Origin: Squalus acanthias
Lineage: Eukaryota
Length of the DNA stretch: 64,000 nt
Assembly: GCA_030390025.1 (NCBI GenBank)
Contig: CM059432.1
Span: 149,608,001-149,672,000, forward strand
Direction of reading: 5' to 3'
Shown: positions 12,579-23,826 of the stretch, in pieces
Layout of the letters: each line of letters starts with the position of its first letter
Position numbering within the stretch: position 1 is the first letter of the stretch
Translations under genes and position numbers: made by a program
Notes under the pieces: model-generated
Told to the model about the DNA's origin: nothing
Databases searched by the model: none
The model's input: the letters and a program-made list of their open reading frames with translations, nothing else

Positions 12579-12716
12579 CTGATTTTCTTTCATATTTATC
12601 TGTCCTTGTTCTTTAGAGCCTGTGAATGGTTTGGTGCATCTGAAGACTTTCTCACCCGCCAGCACTCTCTGAACAAACGTCGCAGGAAAATATCCAACTC
12701 GCTCAGCAATTTTACC
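12579..12716 (-). CDS. STAC: STAC-family protein, 138-nt coding exon (end of SH3-1, start of SH3-2)
   Basis: Acceptor tcttcatttgccag, then [46 protein letters not shown], then donor gtaatt. Phase 0/0. Confidence 0.96.
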
Positions 12717-14171
12717 CTGGCAAATGAAGAAGAAAAAGAAACAATAAAGAAGGGATCATTTCACATGGATCCAGGAGAACCAGGACTATAATGTTACAGC
12801 CCTCTCTCTGACCCATGCTGGTATCTCGCCAGGCTCCTCACTGGCACTACTGTGTCATGACCTTACCTCACGAAGACTGGGGGGAGGAGGGGGAGGGGGA
12901 GGGGAACACCGTGCTCTGTCCATTCATGTTTTTCATTCAACCCAGACTGAAGGGATTAAAATCTTCCACGGTTGGCTCCAAGGGTAAAATGGGCCCAGGC
13001 AGTTTTAACCCAGTGCCTTATGGGCATTGTCCACAGCACAAAATTGCCTCTACTTTAGCGCCAATAGGCACTAAACTGGCAGATTGACTTCGAGACGCAA
13101 CAGGTTGGCTGGTCTGGGAAATGGAAATCTCGTGCTGCAGGTTCTGTTCAGAAGTTGTGGTTGAGAAATATTGCTGGGTAGAGTAGAGGGAGCTTCATTG
13201 CATAGTCCCAAAATTGCAAGACTCCATCTGATTGTCCAATGGGAGCACAGATCAGGTTTGGAGGTCAGTGTACCTATTTCGCTGTACTCCTGATTTTCTG
13301 GCCATTAAAATTAATTGGGAGTGCCTGAATCGGGCACGGTGACCTCTGTGCTTGGTCTTCCAGACAGGCTGGTACATTTGCTTGCTATTTAATAAGAGAT
13401 TATTCACCGATCTCGCAGTCCAAGTGTGAAACTGAGCTTGCAGGGACTGTGAGGTCAGAGATACGATTACAACACTGTAGCCCCGTTTCTCTAACCGCCA
13501 CTCCCTGAAGGTACAGCTCCCCGCTGGGAGTGCAGGATCGTGGAATCACAATCTGATCTTGCAGACCTGGCTGCAGAGTATGCCCTTCGCTTTTCTGAAA
13601 ATGGAAAAATGATAAAAAATCAATGAAAAAAATGCTCCTATATGGTCCAGTGAGGACATTCTCGAGTCACAGACAACTGCACATAAGCAACAGTCTTTAT
13701 TTATCCATTTATAATAACATTTTGCAACTACTTATTAGAAGTCATACACGTAATCATCCATCATTTCTGGTTCTTGTAACTTAACTGGGTGACTGCCATG
13801 TTTATGAGGTAGTGAGTGTAATGTCTCATGTGTTCTTCGCTGGTAGCGATGCACTAAATCTGGAACCCTAGCAGGGTGGTTTTGGTTTCTGCCTTTTCTA
13901 ACATAATGAGTCAAAATGTGATCTCTTAACAGTAAATTAACTTTTAAAACTATATAAACTACAGCAGTAGGCATGTTTTTTGCCACCTACAAAGCTGCAT
14001 TGTTAAATCTCCAACAACATTGTTTAACTGATTCAAACAACGCGTTGGGGACAGTCTCCGCGGCCCTGCGATCAGTGTAGAGCCTGGTTAGTGCTGATTG
14101 CAGGTCGAAGATTTGAGCCTCTACTGTTATAGCCCTACCGCTGATCCGATAGTGCTGAGCGCAGGTCGACA

Positions 14172-14640
14172 GTGTCAGCTGTGGCTCAGTGGGCAGCACT
14201 CCTCGCCTCTGAGTCAGAAGGTTGTGGGTTCAAGTCCCACTCTAGGGACTTGAGCACATAAAGCTAGGCTGACACTCCCAGCGCAGTGCTGAGGGAGTGC
14301 CGCACTGTCGGAGGTGCCATCTTTTGGATGAGACGTTAAACCGAGGCCCCGTCTGTTCTCTCAGGTGGATGTAAAAGATCCCATGGCACTATTTCGAAGA
14401 AGAGCAGGGGAGTTATCCCCAGTGTCCTGGCCAATATTTATCCCTCAATAATCATCACTAAAAACGGATTTTCTAGACATTATCACATTGCTGTTTGTGG
14501 GAGCTTGCTGTGCACGAACTGGCTGCCGCGTTTCCCACATTACAACAGTGACTACACTTCAAAAATACTTCATTGGCTGTAAAGCGCTTTGAGACGTCCG
14601 GTGGTCGTGAAAGGCGCTATATAAATGCAAGTCTTTCTTT
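14172..14640 (+). mobile_element. DeuSINE (SacSINE1-like), full length
   Basis: Highly similar to 10640-11106; intact head and tail. Confidence 0.9.
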
Positions 14641-14642
14641 AC

Positions 14643-16500
14643 CGCTGATCCACTAACACTGAGCGCGGGTCTAGACTCGGTCCTAGCGCTGATCCACTAG
14701 CGCTGAGCGTGAGTCTAGACTCGGCCCTAGCGCTGATCCACTAGCGCTGAGCGCGGGTCTAGACTCGGTCCTAGCGCTGATCCACTAGCGCTGAGCGTGG
14801 GTCTAGATTCGGTCCTAGCGCTGATCCACTAGCGCTGAGCGTGGGTCTAGACTCGGCCCTAGCGCTGATCCACTAACGCTGAGCGCGGGTCTAGACTCGG
14901 TCCTAGCGCTGATCCACTAACGCTGAGCGTGGGTCTAGACTCGGCCCTAGCGCTGATCCACTAGCGCTGAGCGTGGGTCTAGACTCGGCTCTAGCGTTGA
15001 TCCACTAGCGCTGAGCGTGGGTCTAGACTCGGCTCTAGCGCTGATCCGCTAACGCTGAGCGTGGGTCTAGACTCGGCCCTAGTGCTGATCCACTAGCGCT
15101 GAGTGTGGGTCTAGATTCGGCCCTAGCGCTGATCCACTAGCGCTGAGCGTGGGTCTAGACTCTGCCCTAGCGCTGATCCACTAGCGCTGAGTGTGGGTCT
15201 AGATTCGGCCCTAGCGCTGATCCACTAGCGCTGAGCGTGGGTCTAGACTCGGCCCTAGCACTGATCCACTAGCGCTGAGTGTGGGTCTAGATTCGGCCCT
15301 AGCGCTGATCCACTAGCGCTGAGCGTGGGTCTAGACTTGGCTCTAGCGCTGATCCACTAGCGCTGAGCGCGGGTCTAGACTCGGTCCTAGAGCTGATCCA
15401 CTAACGCTGAGCGTGGGTCTAGACTCGGCCCTAGCGCTGATCCACTAGCGCTGAGTGTGGGTCTAGATTCGGCCCTAGCGCTGATCCACTAGCGCTGAGC
15501 GTGGGTCTAGACTCGGCCCTAGCGCTGATCCACTAGCGCTGAGCGTGGGTCTAGACTTGGCTCTAGCGCTGATCCACTAGCGCTGAGCGTGGGTCTAGAC
15601 TCGGCCTTAGCGCTGATCCATTAGTGCTGAGCGTGGGTCTAGATTCGGCCTTAGCGCTGATCCATTAGCGCTGAGCGTGGGTCTAGACTCGGCCCTAGCG
15701 CTGATCCGCTAACACTGAGCGCGGGTCTAGACTCTGTCCTAGCGCTGATCCGCTAACACTGAGCGCGGGTCTAGACTCTGCCCTAGCGCTGATCCACTAA
15801 CGCTGAGCGTGGGTCTAGACTCTGCCCTAGCGCTGATCCACTAACACTGAGCGCGGGTCTAGACTCGGCTCTAGCGCTGATCCACTAACACTGAGCGCGG
15901 GTCTAGACTTGGCTCTAGCGCTGATCCGCTAACACTGAGCGTGGGTCTAGACTTGGCTCTAGCGCTGATCCACTAGCGCTGAGCGTGGGTCTAGACTCGG
16001 CTCTAGCGCTGATCCACTAGCGCTGAGCGTGGGTCTAGACTCGGCCCTAGCGCTGATCCATTAGCGCTGAGCGTGGGTCTAGACTCGGCCCTAGCGCTGA
16101 TCCGCTAACACTGAGCGCAGGTCTAGACTCTGCCCTAGCGCTGATCCGCTAACACTGAGCGCGGGTCTAGATTCGGCCCTAGCGCTGATCCGCTAACACT
16201 GAGCGCGGGTCTAGATTTGGTCCTAGCGCTGATCCGCTAACACTGAGCGCGGGTCTAGATTCGGCCCTAGCGCTGATCCGCTAGCGCTGAGCGTGAGTCT
16301 AGAGTCGGCCCTAGCGCTGATCCACTAGCACTGAGCGCAGGTCTAGACTCGGCCCTAGCGCTGATCCACTAGCGCTGAGCGTGGGTCTAGACTTGGCCCT
16401 AGAGCTGATCCACTAGCACTGAGTGTGGGTCTAGACTCGGCCCTAGCGCTGATCCACTAGCGCTGAGCGTGGGTCTAGATTCGGTCCTAGCGCTGATCCG
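14643..16500. repeat. 44-bp minisatellite, about 42 units
   Basis: Consensus cgctgatccactagcgctgagcgtgggtctagactcggccctag; period 44 (e.g. 14731, 14775). Confidence 0.97.
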
Positions 16501-17323
16501 TGCTTGTGTCTAGCGTGACTCTACTACACAACGCGGCTGCACGAAATGACCCGTGGTATGTCATATGGGAGATGTCACCCATCATTCCTTTTAGTTACTT
16601 TCATGGCTGCTCGATACAGTTAAAGAAAACACACTGGAGGAAGATTTCCTATCTAGAGTGTAATGAAATCATAAACCTGCTCTTTATCAACTTTCCCCTT
16701 TGTTTATTTGCTGGTTTACTGACAGGTCCTGGGTTATAACATCTTGGATTTCTCAGTCATTCTCGCAGCATTGGTAACTGGCACACCAACATGTGGAAAC
16801 AGGGGTACTGTATTTCAACACGCTGCCCATGACGCGCAGTGCTCCCTCCACATGGGAAGTTCGTAATCTCTGGTACACCGTCACATACAGGCTTCACATA
16901 TACCTACACTATCATCTTACTGGAATGAACTTGCTGGGGAGGATATAAATAGGTTTGTTATCACGAGGAGTTTGATTCAGTGAAATTATTGGAGGTTGAG
17001 AGACATGTTGAGCAGTTGCCTGTGAGAGTGGTTGCTGGAGCTGTTGCTGTGGCTTAACAGTGAGCAGAGGGAATTTAACACCTCGTTTAATTTTTTTTTC
17101 AGGTCTTCACTTTAATCAATAAACAAAGTTAAACCCTTAATCCTCTTACTGATGGTGCTACACAACTGATCAAGCAGCTGATTATTCGGTTCTTCCTTCC
17201 CCTTTTCCCTCTGTAAAATCAATAAAGGTCCAGTGCTTTCAACAATAGTCATACTACATTCTGATTATTAAGATTATTTATTAATGATGGCAAAGTATGG
17301 CACTGGAGTCAGATTGCAATACC

Positions 17324-18010
17324 AGCTTGGCTCAGTTAGTAGCATTCTTGCCTCCGAGTCTGAAGATCGTGGGTTCAGCAGTCATTTAAGACTGAAATGA
17401 GGAGGAATTTCTTCACTCAGAGGGTTGTGAATCTTTGGAATTCTCTGCCCCAGAGGGCTGTGAATGCTGAATCATTGAGAATAATCAAGGCTGAGATCGA
17501 TAGATTTTTGAACCCTAGGGGAATCAAGGGATATGGAGATCGGGCGGGAAAGTGGAGTTGAGGTCGATGATCAGCCATGATCTTATTGAATGGCGGAGCG
17601 GGCTCGAGGGGCCGAGTGGTGGAGCAGGCTCGAGGGGCCGTGTGGCGGAGCAGGCTCGAGGGGCCGTGGGGCGGAGCAGGCTCGAGGGGCCGTGGGGCGG
17701 AGCGGGATCGAGGGGCCGTGTGGTGGAGCAGGGCTCGAGGGACCGTGTGGCGGAGCGGGCTCGAGGGGCCGTGTGGCGGAGCAGGCTCGAGGGGCCGTGT
17801 GGCGGAGCAGGCTCGAGGGGCCGTGTGGACGACTCCTGCTCTTATTTCTTATGTTCTTATGTTCAACCGTCACCAACAAAAATAAATGACCAGGTCACTA
17901 CTTTATTGCTATTTGTGCGACATTGCTGTGTGCAATTGCCAAAGTAACAACAACAATGACTACACTTCCAAAGTAATTCATTGCACGTCAAGTGCTTTGG
18001 GATGTCCTAA
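17324..18010 (+). mobile_element. Degenerate DeuSINE with its central part replaced by a CR1 3' fragment
   Basis: SINE head at 17324-17378; SINE Deu/tail remnant at ~17864-18010. Confidence 0.6.
17381..17862 (+). mobile_element. CR1 LINE 3' end with about 9 tandem 26-bp units
   Basis: aagactgaaatgaggaggaatttcttcactcagaggg..., array ggcggagcaggctcgaggggccgtgt at ~17592-17827, tail ttcttatgttcttatg. Confidence 0.9.
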
Positions 18011-18391
18011 GGCACAAAGTTATTTTGTCTATTCATTTTGGGGTAGATGTGCTGCCAAGCCAGCTTCAAGATCAGCTGTGCAGTACCAGCTGGAAGGAGA
18101 GGGGGAATGAAGTACAATTATTAAGTAATAGATTAACTTTTCATTGATCAAAATCAAGAAATCTAGTGCTTAAAAACAGTGAAAGAAATAAATAAGGTAC
18201 TAATATAACCCGGTACCAAAGCTAAAGGCCCAGCACTCATGAGAGTAAATTTTCAAATTATTAAGAGCTGTACCAGCAGTGGAAATAGCTGCTTCGAACC
18301 ATCCAGCCTATCTGTGGCTTTGTGATGTGGCGGGCAGGGGTGGGTTGGATGTGTGACAGTGACTGCTGAGGCAGGGGGCGGGCGGGGGGCG

Positions 18392-18640
18392 GGGGGGGGG
18401 ATTTTAACCCCCAAGGATGGGCAGGTTAAAAATCTGAACCCTGACCCCAACTCGCCTCCAACCCGCCCACACCCAGTTTTAACAGAGGCGGAACGAAGCG
18501 GGCGGCCAACCAACCCGCTCGCAGGAGGCGGGCTGGCAATTTAAATATTATAATGAGGTTGGGAGCCTCACATTTAACCACCATTTTAAATTTAACCCTG
18601 AACGGCCTGCCGGGTTTCGTTGGCCCGTTGAAAATTCAAC
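18392..18640. mobile_element. Harbinger-type MITE fragment
   Basis: ggggattttaacccc...aacccgcc...gaaaattcaac; similar to parts of 48592-49952. Confidence 0.5.
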
Positions 18641-18659
18641 TGTCACTTCGTATTTGCTT

Positions 18660-19520
18660 TTTTTATGTTAATACCCTTAATACCCTTGGCTTGTAAAAAT
18701 CTATTGATCTCAAATTTAAAATTATTAATTGAGCTAGCATCTCCTGCTTTTTGTGGGAGAGAGTTCCACACTTCTACCACCCTTTGAGTGAAGAAGTGTT
18801 TCCTAACTTCTCTCCTGAATGGCCTGGCTCTAATTTTAAGGTTATGTCCCCTTATCCTAGATTCCCCCATCAGCGGAAAACGTTTCTCTCCATCTACTCC
18901 ATCAATTCCTTTCAAAATCCTAAAAACCTCAATTAAATCATCTCTTAACCTTCTATATTCCAGGGAATACAAGCCTAGTTTGTGTAATCTCTCCTTGTAA
19001 TTTAACCCTTGGAGTCCAGTTATCATTCTGGTAAATCTACGCTGCACTCCCTCCAAGGCCAATTTATCCTTCCTAAGGTGTGGTGACCAGAACTGCTCAC
19101 AGTACTCCAGATGTAGTCTAACCAGGGGTTTGGATAGCTATAACAAATCTCCTTCCCTTTTATATTCTAGCCCTCTAATTATAAAGGCTAACATTCTATT
19201 AGTCTTTTTGATTATTTTTTAGTACCTGATATTTTTGTACATTTTAGTGATCTGTGTACATGAGCTCCTAAATCTCTTTGGACGTCCACTGTTCCTAGCT
19301 TTTCACCATTTTAAATAATACTCGGATCTATCCTTTTTGGGGTCCAAAATGGATGACCTCACATTTACCTGTGTTGAAATCCATCTGCCACAGTTTTGCC
19401 CACTCACTTAATCTATCAACGTCTCTTTGTAATTTTATGCTCCCATCTACACTACTTGCTATGCCAACAATCTTTGTGCCATTGGCAAACTTAGATATAT
19501 GGCTCTTTCTTGCATTATCA
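18660..19520 (-). mobile_element. CR1 LINE ORF2 3' fragment (older subfamily)
   Basis: [39 protein letters not shown]...HFFTQRVVEVWNSLP. Confidence 0.88.
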
Positions 19521-19544
19521 AAGTGGTATTCAGTGGGTGGGGGG

Positions 19545-20500
19545 GGGAATATGGCCCTCGGAGTTCTCAGCGTTGACTCTGGACCGTGTGAAGTCTCATG
19601 GCTTCAGGTCAAACATGAGCAAGGACACCTCCTGCTGATTACCACCTACCGCCCTCCCTCAGCTGATGAATCAGTACTCCTCCATGTTGAACACCAATTG
19701 GAAGAAGCACTGAGGATAGTAAGGGTACAGAACGTACTCTGGGTGTCAGATTTCATTGTCCATCACCAAGAGTGGCTCAGTAGTACCACTACTGACCTAG
19801 CTGGCTGAGTCCTTAAGGACATAGCTGCCAGACTGGGCTTGCAGCAGGCTGTGAAAGAACCAACACGAGGTAATAACCTACTTGACCTCGTCTCACCAAT
19901 CAACCTGTCTATGCATCTGTCCATGATAGCATTGGTAGGAGTGACCACTGCACAGTCCTTGTGGAGACCAAGTCCTGTCTTCACACTGAGGACACCCTCT
20001 ATCGTGTTGTGTGGCACTACCACCGTGCTAAGTGAGACAGATTAATAACAGATCTAGTAGCTCAAAACTGGGCAACTATGGAGGTGCTGTGAGGCATCAG
20101 CAGCAGCAGAACTGTTTACCACCACAATCTGTAACCTCATGGCCCGGTATATCCCTCATCACCTCGAGGTCCCCGTCATCACAGGTGCCAGTCTTCAGCC
20201 AATCCGATTCACTCCACGTGACATCAAGAAACGGCTGAGCGCACTGGACACAGCAAAGGCTATGGGCCCCGACAACATCCCGGCTATGGTGCTGAAGACT
20301 TGTGCTCCAGAACTAGCCGCGCCTCTAGCCAAGCTGTTCCAGTACAGCTACAACACTGGCATCTACCTGACAATGTGGAAAACTGCCCAGATATGTCCTG
20401 TCCACAAAAAAAGCAGGACAAATCCAATCCGGCCAATTACTGTCCAATCAGCCTACTCTCAATCATCAGCAAAGTGATGGAAGGAGTCGTAAACAGTGCA
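19545..20500 (+). mobile_element. Non-LTR retrotransposon fragment (endonuclease and start of RT, internally deleted); probably same family as 55586-56830
   Basis: LLITTYRPPS...DFIVHHQEWL (APE-like endonuclease); KAMGPDNIP..LKTCAPELAAPLAKLFQ; NY.PISLLSIISKVME. Confidence 0.8.
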
Positions 20501-21121
20501 TCCCATTCCTGACACATGCCTTGTAGGTGGTGTAGAGGCTTCGAATGCACAGACTGCAGAGCCAGTCGCTCTTGATCATTGCCAGGTTAAGTGTGCCAGG
20601 GACTGCGGATATGATTGGTGGAATAATGGTGGGTGCGAGCAGTCTGGTTCTGGTGCTTGCTGATCTCCCTGGCATGGCTCCTTTCATCTAGCACCATTTC
20701 CACAAAGTAATATCACAATTGAGGGGAGAGATTTTCAAGTTGTCACCTGGGCATAAAACCTTGTGCTGCGGATTGGCCTGTTTCTACAACAAGCAGCCAA
20801 TCCACAACGGCAGCTTTACACCCCGGGGCAGCAAGTTGAGGATCTACCCCAGGGTTTGTTCAAAACAATCCCCACCATTCATTTTCAGTTGTCTTGCCAA
20901 CCAGCGTGGGACTTTGTAGTATGCAGCTCGATAACCTGTTCCCTGAACTGGAGTGAAAGTTTACATTCAAGGAGCCCCTTTGGATTTACACTCTCCTTAC
21001 ACAATTTTCCTTTTCTGCTGAACTCTTCTGCTTTAATTACATGTATCCAGTTTTGCAGGGATTATTTTATGTATGTATAAAAAATTAAGGAGCGATTAAA
21101 ATGATGAAATTAAGCCTTGTA

Positions 21122-21560
21122 AAGAAAGAACTTGCATTTCTACAGAGCCTGTCACGACATCAGGATGTCCCAAAGCGCTTTACAGCCAATGAAGTACTTT
21201 TGAAATATAGTCACTGTTGTAATGTGGGAAGCGTGGCAGCCAATTTGTGCACAGCAAGCTCCCACAATCAGCAATATGATAATGACCAGAGAATCTGTTT
21301 TACTGATGTTGGTTGAGGGATAAATATTAGCCAGGACACCGGGAGAACTCTTCGAATAATGTCATGGGATCTAAGAGGGCAGGTGGGGCCTCGGTTTAAC
21401 ATCTCATCCGAAAGACGGCATCTCTGGCAGTGCAGCACAGGTTAGATTCTGCAGTGAGGTGTCAGCCTCGATTATTGTGCTGAAGCCTCTGGAATGGGAT
21501 TATGAACCCACGAGCTTCTGATTCAGAGGCGAAAGTGCTAACGCTGAGCCAAAGCTGACA
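21122..21560 (-). mobile_element. DeuSINE (SacSINE1-like)
   Basis: Reverse complement of the SINE family, head ending at 21560. Confidence 0.85.
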
Positions 21561-21563
21561 ATG

Positions 21564-21928
21564 TACAGCACTGAGGGAGTGCTGCACTGTCAGAGATGCC
21601 ACCTTTCAGATGAGACGTTAAAGCCGAGACCCCGTCTGCCCTCTTGGGTGGGCAATAAAGATCCCATGCCACTATTCGAAGAAGAGAAGAGGAGTTCTCC
21701 CGATGTCCTGGCCAACATTTATCCCTCAACCAACTCCTAAAAATCAGATGACCTGTTCATTTCTCTCACTGGTGTTTGTGGGACCTTGCTGTGCACACAT
21801 TGGCTGCTGCATTTCCTTAATTACAACAGTGACTACATTTAAAAAAAAAGGTACTTTATTGGCTGTGAAGTGTTTTGGGACATCCTGAGGTTTCTGAAAG
21901 GCGCTATAGAAATGCAAGACTTTCTTTC
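21564..21928 (+). mobile_element. 5'-truncated DeuSINE, head-to-head with the previous copy
   Basis: cagcactgagggagtgctgcactgtc...aaaggcgctatagaaatgcaagactttcttt. Confidence 0.85.
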
Positions 21929-22209
21929 TGTCAGCTATGCCCTCTGACCTCCCCAGTCACCCTTTCCTGCTTCTCTATTTTTCTTCAAGGCGTCTGCCGA
22001 TACAACATGAGAGTCCTGCTGGCTCCCTGTGCTGCACCAGCTTTTATTGTTAGTTATCTGTGAAATGTACGCAGGAAGTCCAAGGCTGCTGAAACTTGCA
22101 CAGGCTGCCCTGAACTGACCTTTAACAAGTCCTCAACAGGTTAAACACAACTTACACTCAGACTGTGATCACTACGCTGGTTGCATGGGTAGAGTATAAT
22201 AATAATAAT

Positions 22210-22952
22210 TGCCCGTATCTTCCGATCCCTATGGGTGGGTACGAACTGTGTACACACCCGTACGGGCCTCGCAAGTGCCAGTTTCAGGCATGCACAGCGC
22301 ATGCGCTGAAAACCGGCATTTCTGATCTGTCAAGAATCCTCTTGACAGATCCTCTGCCTGCCCTGGAGAAGGGTCTCTGCGGGGGGAGAGTTCCGCTTTC
22401 TGCAGAACCTCTGCCCGCTGAAAACCCTTAGAAATCTTACGCCTGGTAAAAGCAGCGTAAGGCCTGCTTTTACCAGCATAAGAGTTAAAAAAATATATAT
22501 ATACTTTTTTTCCACTCATTTATAATTTAAAAATACTTTTAAAAAAGATAAGTTTATTTTTAACCCTGTAAAAAAGTAATTATTTTTTCAAAAAATTACA
22601 TTTTTGTTTAAAATATTTAATTTAATGTAATTTTAACTCATTTTAAAAAAGTGATTTAAAAAAAAAATGTATTTAATGTTTTAGTGTCTTTTTGGGGTGA
22701 TCTCCATTCATATATTTGACAGGTCTGTCTGTCAAAAGTATGAAGGGAGATTCCCTTCTCCTATTGGCTCCCCATGGCCCACGTGATCCCAGGGAGGCTT
22801 GTGAACCGCCTGCGCCCCTGGGATACGTGGGCCCTGCGCATTTCGACTGTGGAGAGGCCCAGGAGCGGAAGTGTCCGGACCTCGGGAGCGTAGATTTTTT
22901 CCCGATAGGAGGCATTCACACACAGGAAGCCTCCGATCGGAAATTATGGGCC
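22210..22952. mobile_element. PIF/Harbinger MITE
   Basis: Imperfect TIRs gcccgtatcttccgatc / gatcggaaattatgggcc; TSD aat at 22207-22209 and 22953-22955; inverted homolog at 26229-26869. Confidence 0.85.
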
Positions 22953-23234
22953 AATAAATGGACAAAGGCTCCATTAGACCCAATCCACGACAACACCCAA
23001 TTTGCGTGTGACATAAATATATTCATCGGAGGAATGTCTAGATAAGTATTTGTGCAAAAGCATCTTCCTCTGTAAGTCTCCTTCTGAACCAGACCATCTG
23101 TCGTCTTATTTTTTGAAAAATGTGCAGAATGAACCAGCTATCAGCCCTTTCTTGCTGGAGAGGATTTGGCAGTGAATCTCATGCTGCTTCTGCTACTGTG
23201 ATGTCTGTCTAACGCATCACTCCCCCACAGGGAG

Positions 23235-23542
23235 AACAACAACAACAACTGGTATTTATATAGCGCCTTTAACGTAGTAAAACATCCCAAGGCACTGAAC
23301 AGGAGTATTTTAAGACAAAAAGTTTGACATCGATCCACATAAGGATAAATTAGGGCTTGGTCAAAGAGGGAGGTTTTAAGGAGCGTCTTAAAGGAGGAAA
23401 GAGAGGTAGTGAGGCGGAGAGGTTTAGGCAGGGAATTCCAGAGCTTATGGCCGAGGCAACAGAAGGCACGGCCCCCAAAGGTTGAGCGAATTTTGAAATT
23501 GAGGCGTTGCTTAACTGGGAGCCAATGTAGGTCAGCGAGCAC
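23235..23542 (-). mobile_element. L2 LINE 3' end
   Basis: VLADLHWLPVKQRLNFKI...GGRAFCCLGHKLWNSLP with (gtt)n tail; homologous to 31036-31539. Confidence 0.85.
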
Positions 23543-23571
23543 AGAAGCTGGAACTGGCACCTTGATGTGGA

Positions 23572-23688
23572 AGTGTTCCAGCATTAACTGGAATGGAGGG
23601 GGTGGGGAATGTGCCAGCATTAACTGGAATGGAGGGGGTGGGGAATGTGCCAGCATTAACTGGAATGGAGGGGGTGGGGAGTGCCAGT
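23572..23688. repeat. 36-bp tandem repeat, about 3 units
   Basis: gtgccagcattaactggaatggagggggtggggaat repeated. Confidence 0.85.
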
Positions 23689-23720
23689 CTGAACTGGGGA
23701 GAAAACAATCCCGGTTTGAA

Positions 23721-23826
23721 CAGTTCTGACGAAGGGTCATCGACCTGAAACATTAACTCTGTTTCTCTCTCCACAGATGCTGCCTGACCTGCTGAGCATT
23801 TCCAGCATTTTCTGTTTTTATTCCAG
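23721..23826 (+). mobile_element. Penelope-like terminal fragment with hammerhead motif (23722-23758)
   Basis: cagttCTGACGAagggtcatcgacctGAAAcattaactctgtttctctctccacagatgctgcc...; the stem III palindrome is disrupted (ACAT). Confidence 0.75.

Noticed and set aside
14643..16500. CRISPR-like array of palindromic repeats
   Set aside because: Units are contiguous with no unique spacers, there are no cas genes, and the context is a vertebrate intron.
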